From: Octopus sinensis
Lineage: Eukaryota
DNA: 64,000 nt
NCBI RefSeq assembly: GCF_006345805.1
Contig: NC_043004.1
Span: 102,610,001-102,674,000, forward strand
Direction of reading: 5' to 3'
The translations under genes were made by a program, and so were the position numbers. The notes beneath the pieces are model-generated. The model was given only the letters and a program-made list of their open reading frames with translations. It searched no databases and was not told the DNA's origin. Position 1 is the stretch's first letter, and each line of letters begins with the position of its first letter. Shown in pieces: positions 12,800-25,100 of this stretch.

Positions 12800-15700
12800 G
12801 TAAGTTTTGATGTTTTTCTACTTCAGTGTCTATTCCTCTCTTCCATTTTATCAAAAACGTTGACTTTTCTATAGGTATACATACAAAGGAACTCCTTGAC
12901 ATAAGTGATAAAAATCTTTGAGAACCATGTCTGGTGATGGGGAATTGTCACCTTGCTTGGAGACTGTTGACAGTTGGTGATAGGAAGGGCATCCGGATGT
13001 TGAAAATCCACCTTAACAAAATCTGTCCAATCCATTTGAGCACAGAAAAGTGAACATTAAAATAATAGCTATGATAAGGATTATGTAATTCTAAAAGAAA
13101 ATCGAAAATTTGATAAGTTTACATAGCCTGTTTCCATTTTTGCCTCTGATAGTCATCTGTCATGGACAGCAGACAGATGTATTGTACTCTGGATGCAACA
13201 AACTGTTGCATGACTAGAATGGGCAGGGGAATCCATATGTGACTTATGTGACTGAATAAGTGCATAACTCATGAAAAGTGGGGCCTGTGTTTAACCACTG
13301 TGTCATTGATCTACTCAAGTAACATTGGCTTGGGCTTATGCAACAGCAAAAATATTATTATAAGGTGGTGAGCTGGCAGAATCGTTAGCACACCAGGCAA
13401 AATGCTTAACGGCATTTTGTCTGTCTTCGTGTTCTGAGTTCAAATTCCACCAAGGTTGACTTTGCCTTTCATCCTAACTACCAGTTGAGCACTGGGATCA
13501 ATGTAATCGACTTACACCCTTCCCCAAAATTGCTGGCCTTGTGCCAAAATGTGAAGTCATTATTATTATTATTACTGTTGTCACATCTAAAGCACCCAAG
13601 TACACTTTGTAAGGTGGTTGGCATTAAGAAGGGCATCCAGCCATAGAAACCATGATAAAAGAGACAAATGAGCAGCTCTTGTCAAACCAATCCACCCATG
13701 CCAGCAAGGGAAACAGACATTAAACAATGATTAATTGTAGGAGTAAGTTGTTGGTTCTTGCATTTGAGTTGCAAATCATTAATCATTGTAAGATGAATGG
13801 TAGAAAAATTTGCAGTACAATCAGGTACCTTTATAGAAGGGGCTTGACTTTGTCTTTTTTACTATCAATCAAATTAGTTAATTGAATTAACTAATTCCCT
13901 TTCTTAAATTTGTGTCCTTGTGCAAGTGCTACAAACCACCATCACCATCATCATCAATGGTAGTTTTGTCTCTCTGCTTTGCAAATCCAAATCCCTCAAA
14001 ATACTCGAAAGCTACTATTGACCTAAAGTGACAGCAACGTATCACAGATATTTTATCAATCCCTTCATCCAAGAAAGTGAAGAAGCAAGACTGACCTTGA
14101 AGTATTTTGAACTGAAAAAAAATCTTTTTCCTTGACAAAGATGAACTCAAGCACATAAATATAGAATCTGTTTTATCAGACCATTTTAATCTTTTACAAT
14201 GGATACCTTTCTCAAAACTAAGATATAATGTAAGATAAATAACAATGTACCTTTCTTTATTCCATTTTCATTTGTTGTGTCTTTTCCTCTGTAATTTCAA
14301 ATAGCTCGGAGTAGGAACAAGAAGAAAAGACCAGAGGAAGCAGTTTGTCCTATTTGTAATGAAAAATTATCTGGAACAGCTCAGGAACTTAATGAACATG
14401 CTGAATTGTGCTTGAAGAAGGTAAAATATCACCAAGATATTTAGTATTATTTACACTTTATTAATAGTGGAGGCACATGGCCTAGTGGTTAGAGCAGCGG
14501 ACTCGCGCTCGAGGGATCGCGGGTTCGAGTTTCAGGCTGGGCGATGTGTGTTTATGAGCGAAACACCTAAGCTTCACACGGCTCTGGCAGAAGGTAATGG
14601 TGAACTTCTGCTGACTCTTTCGCCACAACTTTCTCTCGCTCTTTCCTCCTGCATCTTGCCGCTCACCTGCAATGGACCGGCGTCCAGTCCAGGTGGGGAA
14701 CTTATATGCCAAGGAAACCAGGATACTGGCCCTATGAGCCAGGTGTGGTTTGAGAAGGAACAAACAACAAACAAACACTTTATGTATAAATATATTTATT
14801 CATGTTTGAGTATTGTAAAAGGACAAAACATACTCAAAACACGGAGTTTATCAAGTCTTTCAAACTTGATGATTTATTCTTTTGCTTCACTTGATTTCTT
14901 GACTGTGTTTATTATTCATTCAGGTGACTAAGAGATGAATCATTCATCTTTCTTGCACCTGAATGAAATTACAAAAATGAGAAATTAGTTAGGAGTGGCT
15001 AAGGAGTTCACCATCAACTTCAAACATATAAATGTACAACTAATCTTTGGGGTTAAAAACATATGTAACAATAGGTCTTAGTTCTCAAATCACACAAACT
15101 GTGGAATTGATAAAAAAAGAAGTATCTTAAATTAACTATATTCTAATTTCTCTTATCTTTGCCAGAAGGAACAGATTACTGAAGATGACCATGTTGACGT
15201 GGAAGGAGATGATAGTGGGGAACAGTATGAAGAATATACATGGGCAGGACAGACAAGGATACGAGCAACAACTATGCTTCAAGGAGGTTTTGCAGGTAAA
15301 ACTAATTTTTTATTTGTAAAAAGTCAAATTACATATTAGTAATTAGTCAGAGAGCAGAATTTTTAACCCAGAAACATAAAGAGAAAACTAAATAACTGTG
15401 AGCCAAATGGAAACACCTCTATAATTACTCGATCTGGTAGAAATAGCCACCAAATTTCCTTCATGTCGCACTTTACTGTCTTAAAAAGAAGGCACAATGC
15501 ATTGGATATACTGTAGTTGAAAACTAGGCAGGATTGTCATAATTGGAGCATCTTCAACAAACAAAATTCTAATTCCGGTACCTTTGCTCCAACAGTTTGA
15601 GTGTGTAGGGGAGATAACTTGGTTTCACTGTGTATTTTAAATATTCAATATTTGATTTATTGTAAAATATCTCTATGTTAATTTCTTAATGTATTTCTTG

Positions 15701-18700
15701 ACTGTAAGCATGTTACTTTATTTTAGAAATATCGCCTAAAATACCAGTCTTATTTTATGTATTTGTTTCTAAGACTGAATGATTGTGCTTGTGAAGTTAA
15801 GGTGCTGACGTGCGTGTGGCTAATTAAATTGCAAGTCTCATCTCTCACGACACGGTTATATGATCAGTATGTACCCAGATGTACATACATTTTCTTCTAT
15901 AGTTTCTGTATAAAAGTCTACAGTCACTGGTATGAAAATATAGCTTTCAAAAGCGTGTGCATGTATACAAAATTACACTTATGTCTGCAAAGTGAACATA
16001 CAAACTGTTGATTTTGCTTGTTTCTTTTGGGGGTTTTTTTGTGATTAATTTCATGCTGAACTTTGATCTCTGTTTCTTTCTCTTCAGGTTCAGGCTTCCA
16101 ACTGTCAAGCAGTCGTTTATCTGTGGATGATGACATTGATTTGAATGTTGATGGTGACGACTCAGAGCAATATGGCAAGCCTCAGTATCCTTCACTGTTA
16201 TTGAATTACTATGCTACAATGCCTCTCCTATTATATATAGAGAGAGAGATGTGTTTTCTTTATTAATGTTTTTATATTCTTTCTGCATATATGGGATATA
16301 TTTGCTTATGACTTCATGGTATACATTTGAATGGGAGTTAAAATTAATATTTGTGCTTCTTCTATTCTTATAAGAGGGGAAAGGTATAGTAGAGCTCTAT
16401 AGATGTTCCTGCTGTTGTATAGTTGAAATTATAGAGTTAGACTAAGTAAAGACCTAACCAGACACTTGTCTATAGACTCTATACTATTGTACTTTACTGT
16501 ACAGCAGGGACTTAGATTCATGCAGTATCATATATCATAATTTCATGTCTTTTGTAGAAGAGCGTCATACAATATTATAGAACCTTGTACTATATTGTAT
16601 AAACTAAAGCCCGATATAGTATTCAGTACACAAATCCCATATAATGCACTCATATGCCCCTATAAATTTTATATTATATTGTAGAATAGTATAGTAGTGT
16701 ACTATAGCATACTAAAGGTTATTCTACAGAAGTAGAACCTACCAGACTTTCCTGTACACTCTTGTATAACACTGTATGAGGTTGTAAAAGTTGGACCTTA
16801 GTCTAGTACTATAACAGCTGAAATATCTGTACATTATTTTGATAATGGTGATGAGGACAATCGGGCAGATAATGATAGTTTCTAAATATAAGTACAAAAC
16901 TGGAAATTTTGAAGGTATAGGATGAGTCATTACCATCAGCCTAGGAGTGATGAAAGACAAAGTTGACTTTGATGGAATTTGAACTCAGAACATAAAGGGC
17001 TGAAAGGAATACATCAAAGCAATTTTTCTGATACTCTAAAGAATCTGCCCATCCACCACCCTAAATAATTATTTTTAATATAGGCACAATGCTAGGATTT
17101 GGGGTGTGTAGGTTAGTCAGATAAATCACTCCCACTACCTGTCTGGGACTTTATTTTATTGAACCCAGGAATGATGTAAAACAAGGAATTTAAATCAGTA
17201 GGATTTAAATTCTGAACATAAAGAGTTGGAAGATATGCCACAGGGAAATTTATCAAATACTTTAACAATTCTGCCAATCCTCCATCCATTATCATTATTC
17301 CTAATAACTGGCTGGTATTTACTTTATTGCTTCAGTTGACCTTGGCAGAATTTGAATTACTAGTTAAAGGAATGTGATTAAATACTGCTAGGCATTTTTC
17401 CTAGCTCGTTGTTGATTCTGTGACATAATATCTCAAATATTTTTAGGAAAATGGAATACATGTGGTTGTTATATTTAGGATTCTTTTTCAAAACTTCTCA
17501 TTAGAATTTCATTCACTAGACCCACAAAACCAGGCCTATGATCTTATCTCTTTGAGCTTAACTTTTAGTTCATGGTGCTTGCCATAATATTAACCCCTTT
17601 GATACCAACCTGGCTGAAACTGGCTCTGGCTCTGAGTACAAATGTCTTGTTTTCATAAGTTTTGAATTAAAATCTTCCACCAAACCATAGCCACAATTTA
17701 TGTTCCTAACACTAGCTGAGTGATAACTAAGTTATTTTACTAAACTCTTTGTTATATTTAAAGTTATTGAAAGAAACACAGAGCATCTCAAAATAAATAC
17801 AGTAGCGAAAGGGTTAATAACATAATTTGGGAGTTAAGATGTAAAATAAAGTATTGTTTGAAGATATTTTTCTTTAACCATTGCTGTAGATACAGTGAAG
17901 TAGACATCATTCCTTGTTCTGCAGATGAACCTGAAGAAGATAGAGAAAGACAAGCCCTTCGGGGTGCCATGCTCGGGTATGTGATATTTATATTCAGTGT
18001 TACTAAAATATGCAACGTATATATTCAATATTGCCAGGGGTATTTGATATTTACATTCAGGCTTGGCTATGTGGTTAAGGGGTTCATTTAAGAAGACATT
18101 AAGATAACGATAGTGGTGATGGCTGCTCAGTGTTGCTATGAGTATGTGATATTTATGTTCAGAGAGTTATCATGAGTATGTAACAGTTTTAGTGTTGCAT
18201 TGCTAGGAGAATGTGATGTTATAGTTAGGATCCTAACAATGTTGACTTGGTACAACTAAAGGCAGATCAAAAGTTAACAGCTCATATAATTGTCACCAGC
18301 TCTATGTTTGCGCCAAGGTGAAAATGCTTAACTTCCCTACCAATATCCCAGATTCAACAGACTGCAATAGCTAATCTCTGGATCATTTGAGCATTTTGTA
18401 CCTGTCATTACCTTCTTTACTAAGCCAAGCTGACATTTTATCCATTCTTAGTGTCACAAAAGGCAAGAGTTAAATCAAAGCTCTGTGGCATGTTATGTGC
18501 AATAGGAGCTTACCAATTCTGGCTGTCCAAACCACCAGTATTATCAAGAAATCACAGTCACAACTTCAAATTGATAGAGTTCTGTCTTTATATTTAAATC
18601 CACTGACAATGTTTTGCTTGTCACAGAATCACAAAATTCTTTGTAACCATGTAGTTCCAATTGGATCACATTGCACAGCACACTGCAGACTTGGGTTGAC

Positions 18701-19095
18701 CAATGCCCTCTGAGTGAAATTTGGTATTGGCCATTAGAAACTAAATAAATTCATCTAATGTGTATGGTATATGTACAGCAATTGTTGCATGATTAAGATG
18801 TTTGATTTACAGTCCAGATTTGGTTCTACTGTGCAGTACTTTGAATAAGTGTCTTCTGCTTTAGCTTCTTTCTCCACCTCCCACCAACTTCTACTTTGTA
18901 AAGTAGTCAGAAACTACAGAAGTAGGCGCAGGAGTGGCTGTGTGGTAAGTAGCTTGCTTACCAACCACATGGTTCCGGGTTCAGTCCCACTGCGTGGCAT
19001 CTTGGGCAAGTGTCTTCTACTATAGCCTCGGGCCAACCAAAGCCTTGTGAGTGGATTTGGTAGACGGAAACTGAAAGAAGCCCGTCGTATATATG

Positions 19096-19144
<49 letters not shown>

Positions 19145-22100
19145 TTGTGTGTCTGTGTTTGTCCCCCTAGCATTGCTTGACAACCGATGCTGGTGTGTTT
19201 ACATCCCCGTAACTTAGCGGTTCGGCAAAAGAGACCGATAGAATAAGTACTAGGCTTACAAAGAATAAGTCCTGGGGTCGATTTGCTCGACTAAAGGCGG
19301 TGCTCCAGCATGGCCGCAGTCAAATGACTAAAACAAGTAAAAGAGTAAGTCATATCCACCCAATTTCTCACCCCCACCTCTCCTTTTCCACTGCCTCCCC
19401 ATCCACAATACTCTCGTGGCATTCACACTCTGATCGTCTTCTTACTACTTCTGTTGTACACACCAACACTGCCCTCCATCTCCCCCTCCCCCAAATTACC
19501 TCCTTGCACCTCCCTTTACTTCAATGTCTCCTCTCAGGTTTCCCTTTCACTATTGTTTATTGCTTCCTTCCGATTGTTGCGTTTCCCTTGCACTTTCTTT
19601 CCATGCCCATCCCTTATGTTGGAAAACCCTAGAACTACCATTCTTGCACAACCCACCTTGTCATCTTTTCCATTCTGTCTCTCCTTCCCTTTTTCTCAAT
19701 TCTGTTACTAATCCCTTCTCTTTCCCTCATTCCTTACCATATTCCTCATCCCACTTCTTACCATATTCCTCATCCTTGTGCCTTTGATCATCAGTCACTT
19801 TCTCTTCAGTCGTCATTCATTTACAAAAACTATTTCAGGCATAAGTAATCCTCAGTTCACTCTGTGAAGTGGTTCCTGTTAAAAAGGGCATCCAACTGTA
19901 GAAAGTAGACATTGGTACTTGATACAATTCTCTGACTCATCAGAGCCTGTCAAAATGATGATGATGCTGATGTGGGAATATTCATATTTTCATGTAGGAT
20001 ACCACTTGTGATAGGCACTGGTTATGCTGAACTTCTTCACTGACCAGTCAATCTGTATATTCAGAAACTCCTGGAAAATTCATCTCTTATTAGGAAAATA
20101 GATGAGAATTGGTAACAGGATGAGCATCCTGTTTTAAAATCTTGCCTTAAATAACTCCATCTCTAAACCCATGCTTGCATGGAAACATGGATATTAAACA
20201 AAAGATCATGTGGGTGTGTAATTGTATATTGGCAAAAAATATGAAGAACAGTTTAAAAAAACAGCATAAAATAGTGCTGTCAAATAAAAAATTGCTTGTG
20301 ATATTTGTTCCACCTGAATTATGCAGAAAATCCCTTGCTGCTTTTGCAGTCAAAAATGTAGTGAACCAATGATAGCCTTTTGGGAATTTGGAACCAACAA
20401 TGCCATTGTTCACAAAATGTGAGATAAAATAAATAAGCAATCATTCTATTTCTGTTGTGTATCAATGTTAATAGTCGCATCTAAATGTTACATTGAAAAG
20501 TATTCTTTTATTATTCCTTCTGGAGAAATCTATTTCCATTGTCTCTTCTTTTCCATTCCACAGCACAACAATTGGTTCTATGATGGAATTATCAAATTCT
20601 ACAGAAAGAGGCGGTAAGAAAACCCATATCAGAATTTGATTCTTTTTGATTCTTTGAAAATGTTTCAATGTTTGGTGTCATGATATTTTATAGGTTTTTA
20701 AAAATTTTTCTTTTAAATAAAATATCCATTGAAATATTAACGACCATTTTTGGAATTGTTTAATGGTGTATGCTTCTCAATAGGCAGCCTAATTTAAATA
20801 GGAAATGTAGACATTAGCTGCATATATTATTGTCATTGTTAGCCTTTATCATTTCAGTGCTGAATGTGAGAATACATTAATTCCACTAATTGTGTGTGTG
20901 TGTGTGTGTGTGTGTGTTGAGTCTGATAAATTAATTGATGCTGATCATTTTATGTAAAATATATATTATAAAAATTTATAAAAATCTCTGCTAAAGAGGA
21001 AACTTTTTTGAATGTAAATACTCCTGTATTGACATAGAATAGTATGTTTGCTATTAAGAGAAGTATTTCTTTTGTAAATCGGGGAGAAGAACGCATATTA
21101 CTGATGGAAGTAGTGTGGTTTGTGTTTGTGCAATGTTAGAATGACTTGAAAGAGGTTATTTATTTATTTATTTAGTTTTTATAAATTTGCTAAAATAGGA
21201 AGGGCATCATCCATCCCTCACCTTTATTGGCCCATCCCAGATTGGTGATGTTGATGTAGTTGATCTATATATGGAAAATGTGGGCATGCTTGAGAGAATT
21301 CCAGAAAACTTTAGGAAGGATGATAGGGCAAATTCTTTTGTTCAGGGTCTAGGTTTTGGACATAGACTGGAAAGAGAAACATGTCTATGAGACGTAGTTG
21401 TGACCAAGTTAATGACCGAATATCTGTCAGTTTGATGTCTTTGTTTTTTTTTAATGTAATCTAGGATGTGTGTCTGTATGTGTATAGCTATAAATTGAAT
21501 GGCTGTTGTTTCTGTAATCCAAGAAGTTAACTGGATCCCAATTTTATCTTTAAAATCCTTTCAAACATTGGTTCACATCAGTTTCTAAATCATATAAAGA
21601 TCATTGATAAACTAGTCACTCACACATTTTTCAAGCATTGTTTAGCTGTACGCTCCTTCGGACTCATTTACCATATCAACCTGGGCTCTTTCAAACATGC
21701 TACCCTTATATAAGATTATTTAATCCATCTGCTTCTCATCACAGCGCTTCACCCCAACTCTCTCTCTCTCTCTCTCTCAAAACTAACTTACCTGAGCGAC
21801 ACCTTTATGGAATTTCCTTTCTCATCTCTCCAGTACAATCAATTTAGACATGAACCACACTTAGTTCATTCAGTCAGTCATATCTCCTATGTAGAGAGGG
21901 ATGAGAAGACAATGATCCCTGTTCCTGTAGCTCTCATAAACTATTTGTTTCTTGTATTTGAGTGTTATGAAAAGAGAGGATGAAGTGACTTTGGTATGAT
22001 TTGGACTGAGAGCTTGTATGACACTGAACTACTCTCAAGTTGTACAGCCTGCAATGCCTGAGTTTACCCAATTTTAAACACAACTATTCTGTGGCTGCCT

Positions 22101-25100
22101 GTGTACTGAATTTTCTGGCATGCAAGTTAATGTAGTATATAGTGTAAACATAAAGCATAAACATTCAGACATCATCAATATCTTTCCAAATCCTGCTGCA
22201 TTTCGCATGGGATTCTTGGCCCTACGATGTTGTCTTGATGTCTATCAACTTAGTTATTTTGGCCTTAAAAAATTCAACTTGTATGCTGAAAAATACAGTA
22301 ACACACTGTATCTATTGAAAACACTTGTCTTATTGTAATACATGATGTTTTATTTTTTTTTTCTTCAGAACACAAATTTGAACCTGAACCCAGTTGTTAC
22401 CAACCTTATAATCAAGCTGTAGACCAAGGATCAACATCACATAACTTGTAAGTAGAGTACATGTTACAATTAGGTTTTCTCCTTTTACTCTCCTCTTCTC
22501 AAAAAATGTAGACACACAATGGCTGACAACTCAGTCAAGTAAGACCAGTGTGTATACATATGTGTTAGCACTCATATACACTCACTGGTTGTCATATCTT
22601 AATTGAGTATTAACTTTGTATTTAAACATAGACATTTCCCACTTTTTTCATTTGTTTGTATATCTTCTATGAATATAGTTGTTGCTCAGTGGTTGCTCAG
22701 AACTGAAATAAGTTGAAACAATGAGTATGTAGAATCTCTGGTAGAGAGGCAGTACTTTAGCTGTACCAGATGTAATAACATGTCTAACAATAAATACTTT
22801 AATGGTTTGCTGGGAGTAGTAAAACAAGTCGTGTCACTGAGGCAACACAGTGTTGGAGGTAGATCAAGTGGTATTATTGTGGCTCAGGTTGACAATAAAG
22901 TGTTTTTTTATTACACATGTAAGAAGTGCGATGATATAAGAGAGGGAAATGTGAACAATGACGTTAGACATTTTAAACACCACTTTGAGACAGGATTTTA
23001 AATATTTTAGCCAATATATACTGGATCATATATACAGATGACTTCATTTGTATGTGCATATAAAGTGGTTGGAAAACAGATGTTTAAAGAAGAGATTCCT
23101 CTGTGAAAGAGGGTCGGGGAAAACTTAAGAAGAAATGGTAAATATGTTAGACTTCAGAGATGAGGTGAGACAGAATGGAAGAGGCTTTCTTGGATATGTC
23201 TTCATAAACTTCTTATTTGAGGGGAAATAGCAATGACAATAGTAACAATGTTTAGATTAGTCTTGAGTTATGAGCCTCACTAACACAAAAAACAAACTTT
23301 AGAGGGAAACTTAACTCATAACATACCATCACTTTATCTGGGAGTTGTATTAATGTCCAATCTAATTAATGCTACATAGGGAAAAATCTTCTACACAGGG
23401 GAAAAACAGTATCTTATTAAGAAAAAGGTGAGGATTGGCAACAGAAAAAGCATCCAGCTAGAGAAATCTGTTACACAAAAAGTGCTAAGCATTATAACAA
23501 TGATGATGGTGTGTGTGTGTGTGTGTATACACATACACATTTTTTTTATTGGAGCAGGTAATGGTGGTGGTGACAGCAAGTTGAATCACAAATACTTACT
23601 GACCAATCACAGGACAGAATAATTTCTTATATTTTCTCAATCAGTAACAACAAGCTGCTTTAATTTCAGTGACACTCTCTTATGTTTCCATTTCCTCTCT
23701 TTAACAAGAAAACACCTTAAAATCTATCCTTTAGTACCCACCCTGATACGCCGACATGCTCTCCTAGAATATCACTTTTAGTTACTTTAATTACTGCTAA
23801 TACACTGACTAACCTGTCATGTCAAGCCACTCAGTAACTTCACAAGCTGAGTGATCATCCATTCATAGAGTCACATGCTTTGTTATTTAACACTGACAGC
23901 TAACTTCCAATTTCAGGTGCAACTGTAATTCAAAACAATCTCTAAGTTTTAAATATTCCTTATGTTGTTTAATTTTCTCTCTTTTTTTTATCTTGTTTTG
24001 CTTCTTAATGTAATTGATCCTCATCCGATTAATTGTCTATTGTAGTGACCCTCGCAATGCAAATAATTCTTCACAGCGGATTATATCTGCACTGAAATGT
24101 CGCTTGAAGGAGAAAGAAGAAGAAAAAACTGAAGAGAAACATAAATGTTTGATCTGCATGGTATGTCATAGTTTCAAATCTTCCCCTTCCCCATAATCAT
24201 CATCATCATCGTTTAACGTCCGTTTTCTGCGCTAGCACGGGTTGGACGGTTCAACTGGGGTCTGTGAAGCCAGAAGGCTGCTCCAGGCTCCAGTCTGATT
24301 TGGCAGTGTTTCTACAGCTGGATGCCCTTCTTAACGCCAACCACTCCGCGAGTGTAGTGGGTGCTTTTTACGTGCCACCTGCACAGGTGCCAGGGGGGGT
24401 CTGGCATCGGCCACGATCAGTTGGTGCTTTTAACATGCCACCGGCACAGAAGCCAGCCAAGGCGGCGCTGGCATCGGCCACGTTCGGATGGTGCTTTTTA
24501 TGTGCCACCAGCACAGAAGCCAGTCGAGGCGGCGCTGGCATCGGCCACATTTGGATGGTGCTTTTTATGTGCCACCGGCACAGAAGCCAGTCGAGGTGGC
24601 GCTGGCATCGGCCATGTTCGGATGGTGCTTTTTATGTGCCACCGGTACAGAAGCCAGTCGAGGCGGCGCTGGCAACATTGTCAATAGTTGTCTTAAATCC
24701 TAAATAAAAGAGCCCAGTGTGATAACACCTAACTATTGATCTCTCATATTAAAACAACTTCTGGCCAATCATTGGTTCAATAGTTTTGACTTTGAGGTGT
24801 CTGTTTAATTACATCAAGTTAATTGTATAGTTCAAATTTACCTTTGCAAATTTAGACATCAAACCCTATAGAATTGTAGAAAGAGGAATTTATGCATGTA
24901 GGATGTGTTAAATGTGTGTGAGAGAGAGAGAGGATGACTGGGGAAATTTGATATTGCAATTTAGACTTTAACATTTGTATACATGCATGCTGGAAATAAA
25001 GGAAATATTCTAATCATCTTTTTTTTTTTTTGTCATGTTGACATGATTTGGATTTATACTTAATGAGCCAGTCTTTTACAACTGGAATCCCTTCTATTGT

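Noticed and set aside
14466-14540. tRNA-like A/B boxes here and in other SINE heads
   Set aside because: No cloverleaf or 3' acceptor stem; each continues into a multi-copy SINE body.
20077-20133. Two adjacent hairpins including AACAGGATG-AG-CATCCTGTT
   Set aside because: Stems of 9 bp or less are expected by chance in 64 kb and are too short for a pre-miRNA.
24264-24707. Overlapping 71-147 aa ORFs and a CRISPR-like repeated unit
   Set aside because: A 67-bp tandem unit inside a SINE-like repeat; units are contiguous with no unique spacers, and no cas genes are present.
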